In this document: positions 12,011 to 26,463 of the stretch, piece by piece | Layout: every line of letters begins with the position of its first letter | Position numbering within the stretch: the stretch's first letter is position 1 | Assembly: GCF_001194135.2 (NCBI RefSeq) | Contig: NC_068986.1 | Location: 81,550,834 to 81,614,833 of the forward strand | Direction: 5' to 3' | Length of the DNA: 64,000 nt | Source of the DNA: Octopus bimaculoides | Taxonomy: Eukaryota | Made by a program: the position numbers and the translations under genes | Notes under the pieces: model-generated | Database searches by the model: none | Seen by the model: the letters and a program-made list of their open reading frames with translations, nothing else | What the model was told of the DNA's origin: nothing

Positions 12011-12742
12011 CAGTATACTATTGCGTATGATAGATTCCATGTTACATGTTATATATAGGAAATAGTTAACACATTGCTGTAGGAAACGCAGCTTGCCTTA
12101 TATTGCATCAGATTTTAAAAGAATAAACAGTTTTCATAATAATGTTATGTTTGTTTTCAAAAGTGTGTGTGAGTTGGTGTAAAACTTTTACAAATAAACA
12201 TTTAAAAATTATTTTCTTTTATTTTCTTTTGATTTTATGTGTTTGCCATGTTGCAAATGATTTATGTTTAGTTAAGTAAACATGATTTTTCTATTATAAA
12301 TATTAGTGTTTGTTTTTTAACTATTTTATATTTATTTCTAAACCTCAGTATTTGGCGTAGTGTCAAGAATAGTGAGAAACTGATGAAAACTGTAGTGTCA
12401 TTCACTAATAGACGTGAAGTTTTTAGTTCTTATATCGCTGTCTTTTTTTTTTTTCATATATAAGTTCGAGAGGAGGGTCAGTATTCATAACTTTTGCAGG
12501 CAATTTTCTAATTGTTGAGGTTGGTGCAGCTGATGTACAGCCTGAAATTTGCTGGAAAAATACTGGCAGAGGGTTAATTGTGGGTTTAATGATTGCAACG
12601 ATTTGAACCCTGTTAAAGACAGCCAAGAACCAAGTTGTGGTTTTAAACGATGTTGTGTATTAGGGCTACCTTACTAAACAGTCAGTAGAATTGGTATTGG
12701 ATTGGATTTAGAGCTAAAGCTGTATACATTATTATGTGATGA

Positions 12743-14162
12743 GACAGTATACAATAGTTGCTGGGAAACCCTAGGCCAGCTTTGATCAAACAGACTTTGG
12801 CCGTAGAAGTCAACTAGTTATGATCCACAGATCTCTTTTTCCAGTATCATGATTTGTTGAGAACCCTTGTAGAAATGGATGAATCTATCAGATAGAGAGT
12901 AGTGACTTGTATGTAATGAAAGAAAAGATAAATTCAAGCAGATAGGGTGACTGGTAGTATTTTCTCCATCAATGCACCATGATCTACACTTTCTTCAATA
13001 TTATATATCTCCTCATCATTAAACAATTTTATCTGGTTGTGACAATGTTCCTTTTCATTTCAGCATGGTTTGCACTATTTTTTTTTTGTTATGAATATTA
13101 AAAAAAAAAGCCAAGTTATATGAACCTTTTGATTAGAAAATGGGTTTCATATGTGGCTAAAATGGGAGATTTTCTGAGTTTTTGTGGGTTGTGTATAGAA
13201 ATTACATAAATATAATAAAATAGGTGATTTAGAATAAGATGATGAGGATTTAAGGGAGTTGAGGCTAAGGAATCAATGACCAGTAATAGACAGTTTGAAA
13301 GCGGCCATCTTACTGACCTGTCCAAGCTTTATCAACATTACTAATAGAATGGAAATGATGATATAAGGGGTGGAGTTTACGAAGAAAAGGTTGAAATTCA
13401 TTATAAAACATCAGACTTGGTTTCTATCAGGATCAATCTACTTTTCTTTGTTGGTTGATTATTTTCTTAAGTTCTTCTAAATAATCAGGATTAGCAGCGA
13501 TGTGTGTTTTACAATCTAAATTGCTATACTCAGGTAGAATGTTAAGGACCAGATCCCAAAATGTAAGAGTCAAAATGGAGGGCTTTTTCTCCTAATGTTT
13601 TATTTTATACTACCTCTTTCTAAACTCACTCGACACACTTGATTCTCATCTTTATATCTCTTGCCCCAAAACTCTGTCACTATTCTCAATTTCCCCTTTA
13701 ATTACTTATATTAAATATCACCTAATTATCTCTTTTTCAATCTATGGGCACTGACCTACATTCTCAGAAAACACTAAAACAATTAGGAGTGGAGAGAGAA
13801 ATTTTCAAATTTAAATTCTAAATCAAAGAGGTCATGCATATAAAATTTGTCCTATATTAGAAACCACACAACAAACACCAGCCCTGATCTCTGTGTTGTC
13901 TTAAAACTACATGATATACTGTATGTATTGTCATATTGATGTCTATACGACAGTATACAATAGTTGCTGGGAAGCCCCAGGCCAGCTTTGATCAAACAGA
14001 CTGGCCAGTAGGAACTCAACACAGATTTCCTTTTCCAATTATGTCATGACTTATTGAGAACCTTTGTAGAAATGGATGAATATATCAGATAGAGAGTAGT
14101 GACTGTTGTACGTGATGAAAGGAAAGATAAATTCAAGCAGATAGGGTGGTTGGTAGTATTTT
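12743..14162 (+). repeat. Dispersed direct duplication of about 220 bp (12743-12963 and 13949-14162)
   Basis: Both copies start GACAGTATACAATAGTTGCTGGGAA and end AAGATAAATTCAAGCAGATAGGGTG..TGGTAGTATTTT, with a diverged middle. Confidence 0.9.
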
Positions 14163-14718
14163 ACTGATAAGTGGATGTTTAATTATTGCAATTATTGGAA
14201 TGGTTTTCAGAAGTGTCTGTCGATTATTGATTGGTGGTGGAGTATATTGGAAATAAAATATCCCTTCATTCTCAGAGTGAAATGTTTTAACATCTCTTTC
14301 TTTCATATATTTATTTATATTTTTTCGTTGAAGAAAAAAATATTGTGATATTTCTAATATTTCAAATTTTAAGAGAAATTACATATTGTTAAACATTATT
14401 GATTTGGTTTGTAATTATTTAGATTTATTAATTAGTGTTATATCAATAACATTTGTTGAATATTTACTGAAAGTTAACTAAATATTTGTTTGGTGATCTT
14501 CAATCATTTAAAACCAAATCTCAACATTCTTGTTGTTGTTAAGGCCTAGGTCAGCAACCATGGAATGCAGCCATGGTAGGAACACTGATTTAAAGTTCAT
14601 TATATTGACCTCTGTAATTATTTTAGTCTGGTTCCTCAATATACTGATTTCTGTTTAATGATTGTTTAATTATATTCTGGAGATAAAAGGTCACATCTTG
14701 ACAAACTGGTTTATACTG

Positions 14719-14757
<39 letters not shown>

Positions 14758-14790
14758 NNNNNNNNNNNNNNNNNNNCTAAATGAAGTATT

Positions 14791-15122
14791 AACAGTAACT
14801 GCACAATAAAGTGTAGTATATTGCCACTTAAATGTGGCTGACCCCTAGGGGTGGATGTTACTGTTGCTTTTAGCCCCAGGAGGACATCTCCTCCAGCTGG
14901 CTTATCGACACACTACTGTGTCCTGTTTGCCAAGGGAAGTTATCCCTCCCATCATGATCTGTAGCACGAACGGACCCGGGTTTCAGGGTTATTTCCCTTC
15001 GTCGGCGTCCGATAGCCACTGATCCTTGATGAGAGAGATAATTTCTTGGCAATCTTATATATACTTTTCCAGTGAAATTCTTCACTGATATCGAAAAGGT
15101 GAAAACAAGCAATGTTAATTCT
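14791..15122 (-). mobile_element. 5'-truncated RTE-type LINE 3' end with target-site duplication
   Basis: CTAAATGAAGTATT at 14777-14790 and 15123-15136 (at least 14 bp, since the left copy abuts an N-gap). The minus strand encodes ...DCQEIISLIKDQWLSDADEGK* followed by a 3' UTR. Confidence 0.8.
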
Positions 15123-15459
15123 CTAAATGAAGTATTTCTGCAGTTTGTCTTCCAAATTCTACCTAAGCATTGGTCATTTCAAGGCTACCATATAAAACTC
15201 TTGTCCAAAGTGCTGTGGAGTAGGATTGAACTAGGAATCATATCATTATGAAGCAAAATTCTTAACCATGTAACCATAATCACAATTTATTTGTGAATAT
15301 AAGTTGGTATTTACAATAATTTCATTACAATAATAAGATTTTTCAGTTGATGAAGATCTTATGTAGTACAATTTGACTGTAATGTTACTGATGGTTATCA
15401 GATAAATTTTACTCTTGTGGACACATTACTATTGCCTTTGGGAATATCGGCTTTGGGAA

Positions 15460-15910
15460 TATTGACACCTGACATGGAGAATACAACAGTGACACCTGTT
15501 TTTGAAGATGCGACAGTGATACCTGTCTTTAAGAATGCAACAGTGACATCTAACTTTGAAGATGCAACAGTCATGTGACTTTAAGGAATTGACACCTGGC
15601 TTTCGTAATGCATCAGTGTCACCTGACTATGAGGATGCTACAGTGATACCTAATTTTGAAGTTGCAGCAATGACATTCGATTTTGAGAGCATAAACAGTG
15701 TCACCTGACTTTGAGGACACAATTGTCACCTTAATTTGAGGACACAGTGACACCTGACTTTGAGGACACAGCAGTGTCATTGACTTTGAGGATAGTGACA
15801 CTGGCTTTAAGGAGGCAGTGGTGTCACCTGACTATGAGGATGCAACAGTGTCATTTGGCTTTGAGGACATTGACATCTGACTTTGGGGATGCACTACCGA
15901 CACCTGATTT
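15460..15910. repeat. 27-bp degenerate minisatellite, about 18 units (consensus CAGTGACACCTGACTTTGAGGATGCAA)
   Basis: GACACC/GTCACC anchors at 15464, 15491, 15518, 15545, then 15591, 15618, 15645, 15672 and onward to 15899. Later units are shortened to 21-26 bp. Confidence 0.93.
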
Positions 15911-18090
15911 TTAAAAACCAAGGTAGTTTACCTAAAACCGTTATGATGTTCATAAGTGTAGTGACAGTCATTATCATAACCGATTACTGTCATCATCATC
16001 AAAGTTGTTATTGAAGTTTAAAAGGTTAATGATTGCTGTAATCTCTGGGTAAAATAAAAACAGAGAAAAAAAAAGAAGTTGATGTAGTTTGCATTGTTTT
16101 GTATACTGAGAGACATTTTGGCAATTAGTACCCTCTGACACCTCTTCTATATTATTTTTCACTTAAACTTAAGTGCCATAATTTGACACTAATGACGGCA
16201 TTGTTGATGCAAGTGGTGTGTAATAGTTCGAAAGGTCTACAAGAGATGCCTGCTTATTGTTGTTGTCATGGGCAGTCCGGTGTTTTAATTGGTTATTTAT
16301 TCTGTTTTATATTGTGTGTATTTGTGTTTTTAATAAAACTTATGATATTAGGTGAACATTGACACACACAGCTACTGCTGTCCATCAGTAAACTTTTGGT
16401 TGGAGCAGACACAGGAGCAGATACAGTCGAGTTGTATTTCAGTAATATTAATGAAACCAATCTGGATTTGAGCTAGATAACAACATAGATCTGTGAATGT
16501 AATAAACAGCTGATTATTACACTGAATATAGCATATCTATCAACTGACCAGCTGTTTCTAGTGGAATGAAGGTATAATTTATACTGTATTCTCTTTTTGT
16601 TCTTTTGCATATTGTTTTCTTCTATCCACAACTTGTCATATTGTTAATATCCTGTGTATAAAAGTCTTCTTTCATTCTTTTGTGACCATAATATGAAAGA
16701 TATCTATTATTTCTTGACATCATGTTTACAGTTTACCGTGGTAATTGTGATAATATGAAAAAAAAAAAAAAAATCAAATGAAATGGTATTTAGGATTTGT
16801 TTCTATGATTTTTGCTCACAGCTTCTTTAATTAACCAGATATATATGAAGTAATAGAAACTTTCATGTATCTTGTATTTAGATTTGAAGCTAGATATTAC
16901 CATTGTTTTGCTTATAGTTATAGATCATATATTTCAGTTACATCCCTAAAATGGGTTAACTTACAACTGATGACTTTAAAATATTTATGATTGTAGTCAC
17001 CAAATTCTAACTTCTAGGGATAAACAAGACTTTATGATAAATTTCAGTGACTCTATACTGCATAGATTCCCATTTTGGTGTCCCTTAAAATAATGTAGAT
17101 CCACAATGATGTTTTCTTAATATTTCATTTTCTATAATTGGTATTACGACGAAATTTTACCTCAAACCATCTTAAAATTTAATATTGATTTTTGACATGT
17201 ACGCAAAGCCTGTGTTTTAGGAAGGACAGTTTATTATCTTGGCCCTAATTTTTGTCTAGTATCAATTTTTTTGTAAAATTGATCTCTGAAGGATGAGAAA
17301 CAAAAGCTGATATTGGCAGGGTTTGAACTCACTGTGTAAAGAGACATAAATTGAATACTGTAAAGTCTTTTGTCCAATGCTGTATTGATTCTGCTAGCTA
17401 TTACACTTTAAAATGTAATTAAAATCAACTTATTTTTGTTATGTCATGATAGTAATATAGGAGATGATTTCAGCTGTACTTTGCTGCCTTAATAGCAGTT
17501 TGTAGCATTAATAGTCTCTGATTCAAGTACTTACTGTCTGCAGTTATAAATATAAAGAACTACTTTGTTTTAAAGAGGTGGTTCTGTTTGCCAGTATTTT
17601 TGGAATTACTTAGAACACTTTTCTGATGTCACTATCAAGAAGTGTATAAGCTTCCTTTTGTCTGCCATTTGATGCTATAATGAAGGAGTTGTGCTTCCAA
17701 AGGCAACTAGTAACTATTTCTGTATATTTTAAATGTTTCCTATTTGCTGGAGTGCTCTCATTTAGGTTGACATCACTTTTTTAATGAACTTCTTGTACTG
17801 ATTTTATCTTTCTTTCTACTTCATCTAAATTATTTCATGGATTGTTATCTTGACTGGGCAGATGGCTTTTATCTTTAGGAACTGGTGTAGCCAGTGTTGT
17901 TTAGCCTCAAACTTGCCTTTGTGATGCAAACCTATGATCAAAGGTATGCAACTATGGGGTTCCTATCTTTTTTTTTCTTTCTCAAATAGCATATCAGAGT
18001 CTACATCATCCAATATGACTTATTTTCTAGTGATGATAGTGTGTGATTTGAGAGAGATTTGGTTGCTATTTTTTGCGGGTTGAGCCTGTC

Positions 18091-18137
<47 letters not shown>

Positions 18138-18143
18138 TGTTGA

Positions 18144-18206
<63 letters not shown>

Positions 18207-19588
18207 TATGAATATGTGTGAAAGTGTGTTTGTCCCCCATCACTGCTTGACAGTCAGTGTTGGTTTGTAGACGTTTTTGTAATGTAGTGATTCAACAAAA
18301 GAGACTGAGAATAAGTACCAGCCTTAAAAAAAAAATTGGGTCAATTTGTTTGACTAAACTCTTCGTTGTGGTGCCTCAGCATGGCTGCAGTCCAATAACT
18401 GAAACAAATAAAAAGATGAAAAAAAAAAGACGATAACATGTAGTTGTAACACTGTGCTATTCTGTCATGTACCGCTTGTTATGTCTTCATACTTTGTTGC
18501 CTGAAAATATTGCGTCAGTAAAAGCCAGATTAAATCATTCCAATACACATGTAAATATTTCTCATTTTATTGGTAAATTAATTATTAGTTATTTTTCAAA
18601 TAATTTTTCATTGCTGTTGTGTTACCTGGTATGTTTTTCATTCTTGTTAGTTATAATTATTGTCCAGTTCTCAAAATATTTACTGTAAATTTCAGTTATC
18701 AGAGGTTGTTTAACCAAATATTTTGTTATAACACTAGATATCTTGGATATTTGTATTATAAACACACCAGTCAAGTAAAGTAATCTGATCACCTTCAAAA
18801 ACATCAGTCAAGTAATCTGACTAACAATTGCATTTTGCTTTCCTTAATATGCAAATATCATTATCCATTAAGACAGTGATTAAGTTACAGCCACTTGTAC
18901 TTATCTAATTAATGAAATGTATTAAAGGTTATATATTTGAAATGCATTGTAAGTCTTGGCATACTAGAAGTTTTTGAAATTGTACTCACTTCATTATCAA
19001 TCCATTTTCCTTTACAACTCACTGCCGAAAAATTATCCTATGACAACTCTAAATTGTTTGAATCATAAATATATTTGCATATATTAAACTAAATAGTTCT
19101 ACAGCTGTATGGCATTTTATGTGATTATTTATATTTTAAGGCATTAATCTCTAATTAAATACAAGTAGTTAAAGGGATTGATTCAATCAATTAAATGGAA
19201 ATATTCTGTATGCTCTGTTATATACTAACCCATCATACCCTTACATATACTACCTTCTGTCATACCATTACATATATTGCACCATCAAACCATTACATAT
19301 CCTTTAATTTCAACTGTCAATTGTCATCTCATACCTTCCTTATTACCCTCTTCACTACAAATGTTCTATCATTTAATTGCATCTCCTCCTCTTCCACTAT
19401 CATCATTTTTATGTTCACTTTCCATGGTGGCATGGGTTGGATAGATTGTCACAGTCCATGTTAGCTTTTATTGGAAGCCACTTCTCTATTAGACTGGTTC
19501 TTGTAGGTCTTATTTTGGTTTAGTTTCTATAGCTGGATGCACTTGTTATCACAGACCACTTTACAGAGTGTATTGAGTGTGTCTTAAG

Positions 19589-19630
<42 letters not shown>

Positions 19631-19824
19631 GCATAAAAATCGTCATCATTGTTTTACATCTCTGGACATGGGGTAGAGGGAACTTTTTAAGTCTTTTATA
19701 GTCATATCCATATGCCCTTTTAATCACATCTTTTGATGAGGTTATAAACCATTGCTATCATATGTTAAATTTCTATTCTGGCAAATCATCATGATCTATG
19801 TCAGTTGTTATTTGGAGCTACTTG

Positions 19825-19862
<38 letters not shown>

Positions 19863-19872
19863 NNNNNNNNNN

Positions 19873-19906
<34 letters not shown>

Positions 19907-22066
19907 ATCTCAATTTAATATAATATTCTGGGTTGTTAGGGTCAGTTGATGTTCTATAATTACATTTAATAAGTCTTGAGAAATTCCTGAAGAATTTCTA
20001 TTAGTTGACCTCTTTGAATTATCATTAAATTGGAATTCTGTTAAAGACTGTCGGACAAACATAGCTAAATTTTTAAAAATACTTATTTGTTTATTAATTT
20101 TATTAGCTGCAAGAGATTGAACAGTCATTCAGTATCTTTAATCTGTTAGAGTTAATTAATGTTTGTTATATTGTTAATGTGGCTTGCATTTTTCTGAGTT
20201 TGCTGCAAGCTATGTTCAGCTAATAATCATTCTATAAATAAAATTTCGAAATCTGGAGGATAAAAAAGTCTTTTAAGAAGACTGCTTGCTCTTTATTCAC
20301 TATCTCTGCTGTACTTGTGTAATGAAGTAGTCCAGTTTGTTCTGATTTTATATAATTACAGATAGGATCAAGACTTTTTCTTTCTGCATTTCCATTGAGA
20401 ATTATTAAGTGTATTATGTTGAATAAATAGTGGTAAAAACTGTTAACCATGAGGCTGTTTCTATACTGCCATATGTGTTTTCATATGTGCTACTACCTAT
20501 CTGTAGATATTATGGTAACTATTTTCAGATGGAAGAGTTATATATTAAGTTTAGTAGGGTAACGAAAGATAATTACAGTAGTTAAAGGCAGCAGGAATGA
20601 TCAGTTGTCAGACCTGTCTGGCAAACTAAAGAGAGATGAAGATTTGATCGATAGATGTATATACACTAATACACCATGTTCTGTCACATGGGTTGGGAAA
20701 CATTAGTGATTTTGGTTGTTACTTTGAAACTAAAACTTCAATCAATGTATAAATTACAGCAAGAGGAGTTCAATGAATTAGGTTAGTTTCAATTAAATAT
20801 AAAATATTTTAATGCGAAAATGATAATGCTAAGTCAATGAGATGCCATGGAATCATGAAGGAATTCTTCACATAGAAACTAGAATTTAAGAGAATGTTTT
20901 GAATATATTGATAATTTTGATTATTTAGTTACATGTTCCCTTCAAAACAAACATTACTTCTTGTTAGAGAATATGAAAGGAATTCCTTTTAATTGGAGCA
21001 AGTGCCAATGCTATTACATAATTCTCTTCTTGTGGTATGTAAACATGTTTATTACAGATAATGCTTAGAATTTATTAGGTACCAAAGCAGTCTTCTCTCA
21101 TCCTTATTTTAATTAATTCCATAGTTGGTGTTTATTCCTAAATCTTTGCCAATATAGTCAGAATATCATCAATGGATATAGCATCATGTTTATATGTATT
21201 TGGAGTGAAAAATAACATCTTACCTTTTGCAATTGATCATACATTCTTTTCTGTCAAAGACTGATAAATAAAATATTAGATTTATGAGTAATTCAGTGAA
21301 ATAGCAGCTTCATTTTGTATGCAGTTTCAGTTTTAGTGAAATATGTTGATATATGAGATGAAAAATCTTGAGTAATCAAATACTTATAAATAAACAGCTT
21401 TAACTGCAACGAAGTGGAGAAATAGGAATTGTGGTGTTCATGATATTTCTTGAAGTATTAGCAGTGGAAGTGAAGTGAAGCGGCTGTAGTTGAGAATCAG
21501 AGTTACTGACTCTGTTGGAACATTGCTTCTTACAGTGCAGAGTTTTTAATAATGTTTAGTGATGAAGCTTCTAATGCACTGAAACCAATAAATAAGACAA
21601 TAATTATTTAGATATTTGTACTTTCAGTTTAGCTTGTTTTATAAGTTATTTAAAGAATTCTCATTTGGAATGTTGTATGTTCACTCTTTAATAGAATGTC
21701 AGGAGACATAGCAACTTCGTGAAGGGGAATTCTCTAATCATTAGCATTTGTTATTTAAATAAACTGAAAAGGTTAACCTAATAGAATGTAGCAATTTATT
21801 ATGGCATTTAAAATTTTCTTCTAGAAAGCCATTTTCTTCAGTTTTGGTATTTATCAAGAAACTGTGGAAGATTAAGAACAATATTTAAAAATTATAAACC
21901 AGATTCAAACACTGATGTATCGAGTTCTATCCCAATTATATTTACTTCTGGTAAAATTTTACAAACTTGTGTCTACAAGTAACAACAACTGGAACATTTT
22001 TTTGATTTCAAAATATATCTTAAGTCTCTAACCATTGAGACTGTAACCATCATGTAATTATTATTT

Positions 22067-22296
22067 CTATATTTGGGGATGGCCTTTCTGTCAATAAATA
22101 CATGCACTATTTATTTGATCTTTGCTTTGGCTTTATTATTATCATTAGTTTATTTGTCAGAGTTCTTTTGTCATACATTCTGTGACGTCATTGAAGAAAT
22201 GAGGAAAGAACTCTGACAAATAAACTAATAATAATAATAATAAAGCTAAAGTGAAAATCGAATAAATAGTGCACGAGTAACCATCTCCAAATGTAG
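22067..22296. mobile_element. Fold-back MITE
   Basis: Perfect 25-bp inner inverted repeat (22144-22168 / 22205-22229) with a 36-nt loop. Outer inverted repeat CTATATTTGGGGATGG / CCATCTCCAAATGTAG has 2 mismatches in 16 bp. Confidence 0.8.
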
Positions 22297-22679
22297 CAAT
22301 GTTTGAACACACGATTTCACATCAAGAATCTTGAAAAACAAACACATAAATGTAATTATCATAGAATTAGAGAAGTTTTAAACCCTCCTCTCTCACCATC
22401 AAAAACAACCCCCCCCCAAAAAAAAACAAATAAAAACAAAAAAACACATAAAATAAAGTGTCAAGATAGTTGATTAATTCTTGTGCAAATTACCTTCAAT
22501 GTAAAATGCAAATAAATAAGTAAATTTGTAGTTGTTAATATAAATTGTCACTTTCTTTTCCCCTGTCTTGTATGTTATACAGCACCACTCTAAATGATGA
22601 GTGGAAGTGGGTGGGTAAAGGTTACAAGAGTGTGTGCAGAGAAGTGAGAGACAAAAAATGATAGGGATGGAGGAGGTCC

Positions 22680-23258
22680 GGACGTACATGGGGGTGAACA
22701 TCATATGTAGCCATCAGTAGTTTTGAGTGTTAATGGTAGATATGAGTTCTTTTGGGTATTCAGTCATCTGTTATGGATTGAAGACTTCTCTAATTGTCAG
22801 ACGTGAGTTCTGCACAACTTAGCTTTACACACGTGACAAAGTGCGATTCAAGAAAAGCCTCGATTTGTCCTTATCTGCCCTTGATCGGACAGAAGTAGGA
22901 GATTGCAAAAATTTCTTCACCCTTTGGTGATCGCTTCCCAGTGTTCTGAATATTTCTGTGGTTGTTTTTCCTGTTCCAAGCTCTGACACGATAGTAAACT
23001 TCTCATTTAAGATTAGATCACATTTCTGAACCCAGAATGACACTTAAATTAGGCACCTGCCTTAATAATATGGACTGGCAGAAATGTTGCTGTTACAGGA
23101 TAATGGTTGTTATTTCTTTTTGTCTGTTCAGATACAATTTATTTTAACAGAATATGTGCAGATAGGTGTTTCCAAAAGTCAGTGCGGAAAAAAAACTGAT
23201 TTTGAACGAATATACATTTATTTCTTGAGGTAAGGTTGATTTGCCTAATAATATGGGA

Positions 23259-23265
<7 letters not shown>
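22680..23265 (-). mobile_element. Truncated Tc1-like transposon (left end plus transposase N-terminus)
   Basis: ORF 22825-23043 (KCDLILNEKFTIVSELGTGKTTTEIFRTLGSDHQRVKKFL...RADK) matches the Tc1 HTH start pattern (KRDL...EK..IV..L..G..TLEIAK.LGRDHRT.K.F). The left end reads CACTGC...ATTATTAGGCAA. Confidence 0.75.
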
Positions 23266-23310
<45 letters not shown>

Positions 23311-23792
23311 GCACACATATATGTATACATGCACATATATATATGTATATATATATATGTATATACATATGTATATATACACATATATAATACAAAGAAT
23401 ATATATGCATGTATACACACATATATGTACATACTTACATCTACAGGTGTATATAGATGCATCTCAGGGTACAGGACGTTAGAACAATGAACTACAGACC
23501 ACGGAACGAACACATAGGAAAACAGATATATATATATATATATACATACATATGGAACTGAACTGGGACTGAACTGGGAACCATATAGTTGGGAAGAAAG
23601 CTTCATAGCACACTGCTATGCCTTTATGCATATATGTGAGTGTGTATGTATGTATGTATGTATGTGTGTATATATATATATATATATANNNNNNNNNNNN
23701 NNNNNNNNNNNNNNNNNNNNNNNNNNNNNNNNNNNNNNNNNNNNNNNNNNNNNNNNNNNNNNNNNNNNNNNNNNNNNNNNNNNNNNNNCACA

Positions 23793-23832
<40 letters not shown>

Positions 23833-24394
23833 TGTATAAACATGTGCTCACACATGTAACTTTTTCTTTAATTCTATCTTGATTCTTCTATACTATTAGT
23901 ACCACTTGAAGTAGAGAAGCGAGAGGTTACATAAAAATGTGCTAGATTTGGTTCAAGAAGACTGTAACGAAAAAGGTCAGATAAGGAATTGTTTGTGTTA
24001 TTGGTGTTGATATTGTTGGTTGCTTTTGAAAACTGAAGCAACTTAGCTAAATTACAATTGCAACAATCTTTCACATATGCGGTACTATTAAGTACCAGTG
24101 TTTAAACTATATTAGCCATACTTAATTTTAATATATGTGCGCGCGCGCGTGTGTAATTTAGTGATTCTGCAAAATAGACTGATAGAATAAGTAACAAGCT
24201 TTAAAGAAATAAGTACTATGGTTGATACATTCATCTAAAAGTTCAAGGCAGTGCCCCAGCATGGCCTTGGTCTAATGACTAGAACAAGTAAAATACACAC
24301 ACAAACGGTGTCTCAAAAAATGTATAATCACATTGAATGATTATAAAGTCAGTGTTTATTAAGATACATTTCATTTTTAAAATTTGATAGAATC

Positions 24395-24466
<72 letters not shown>

Positions 24467-24626
24467 GGGCTTCTTTCCATTTCCATCTACTAAATTTATT
24501 CACGTGGTTTTGTTTGGTTTGGATTATAGTAAAAGACACTTGTTCAAGATGTCAAACATTGGGACTGAACCTGAAGTTACATAGTCAGGAAGCAAGCTTC
24601 CTCAATCACACAGTTATGCCTGCACC

Positions 24627-24683
<57 letters not shown>

Positions 24684-26463
24684 GCACACACACTCACTCG
24701 CTCACTCGCACTCACTCAAACAAAATATGGTTTTCTTTTATTTCTTTATATATTGAGTACCTTAATTTAACTGTTTCCTTTCATTTCTAATGGAACCCCT
24801 GGTACAATTGTTTGTATGTGTGTGTGTTTGTGTGTTTTATTAGTAATTATTTCTTCCTTCATAAGTTGTGCTTTACTCTTAATTTTTTCTCAATGTGGGA
24901 AATTGTCCAGGGGCAATTGACTGAAGAATAGTTTTTCAAGTAGCCACAGAGAAGCTCTCTTGTTGGCTTGAATAGCCATAATAGTGTGTGTGTGTGTGTT
25001 TTATGTAACGTTGATTTTCATTTGGGCAGCAACAGTAGCTGCTAAAGGAAACTAGTGGAGGAAATTCTCAAAGCTGATCTAACATATTTGGAATTCATAT
25101 ACTTTATCAACAACTTTATATTTCATCACACATTGTTTAGAAAGAGGGTAGTTAGTTTATGATTCCTATTCTAAACCCTATAAGAAGGGCTGAATATGTT
25201 TCTACCTATGTACCACCATCTTTAAATATGTGAACTCCTTTTTGTTCATATTGTGGCATTCTAAATTTTTTTAAGCAGTTTACTTTATTCTTTCTACAAT
25301 GATATGTAGCTATTTATATATTTACTGTGGATTGCTTCAGGCTGCACCTTGTTTCTGTTTGTACTGAAAAGCAGTGAATCTAAGATATTAAAACTATCTA
25401 TAAAAATTTCTTGAGCGCTATATCATGCTCAAATAAATGTGATTCTAAATCCTGACACTGCATCACAAAATTATTTAAATTTAGATAAAAATGTTGTGGA
25501 ATATTTATCAAAATTACGTTTGTATTCATCTGGTTTTTGTAAATTTAGTTTCTGATAGTGAGTGAGTGAGAATAGCTATGTTGACCAGGTCATTATATGC
25601 GTTTTGTTTATCTAACTAGCTGCTGGGGTTATGATAAGGAAATACTTCACTAAGATTCATTGTGAATAAATAGCTAAACACAGGTTTTATCAAGATCACA
25701 GTTTCCAAGAAAGAAATGGTATGGTATGTATTAAACTGGAAACAATTTTATATGAAATTACATTATTTATCCTACACTGAATGATAGGGGTAAAAAAAAA
25801 AAAGAAAAAAAAAATCCTTTTTTTTTCACAAACCAAAAGCAATGATAATTATTGTTTTCATTTTCATGTTTTTAATTTGTGATAAATGCTTGAATTTTAT
25901 CGGTCTCTTAACACTTATGTAATCCTATATTTGGTGCTACTCAGCTAACTATATTTCTCATTATTTAGTGTGTATTATGGAATTTCTCTGTGAACTATGT
26001 CTAATTCATAAGGAAAAATAATTTCACCTTCTTTATTAATGCATTTAACAATAAAGGTAATGGAATTACAACTTGTGAACTGTTCTTTTCTATAACTGTG
26101 AGATTTCATATCAGCTACAAGTTATAGAAAATAGCAATTCAGAAGTTGTATATATGATCATGTATTAAACAGCATGAAGTTTACCTGACATGGCACCTTA
26201 AAGTACTATCTTTTATCTCTAACTTGTTTCAGTCATTGGACTGCAGCCATGTTTGAGCATTGCCTTGAAGAGTTTTAGTTGAACAAATCAACTCAGTACT
26301 TATGTTTTTTTTTTAAGTCTGGTACTTATTTTATTGGTATCTTTTACTGAGCCATTGGGTAATGGGAACATAAACTAACACTGATTTTGATCAATGAAGT
26401 GTGTAACAGGCACAGGCACAAAGACACAGATATATGCATGTATATATATATAAACATATTCTA

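Noticed and set aside
12745-13958. The hAT TSD octamer CAGTATAC recurs at the start of both duplicated segments
   Set aside because: There is no adjacent TIR sequence, and an 8-mer recurrence inside a duplicated block is one independent event and plausibly chance.
21842-21950. 109-nt open segment between AG and GTAAAA (FWYLSRNCGRLRTIFKNYKPDSNTDVSSSIPIIFTS)
   Set aside because: The donor is weak and there is no recognisable motif. An open frame of this length is expected occasionally by chance.
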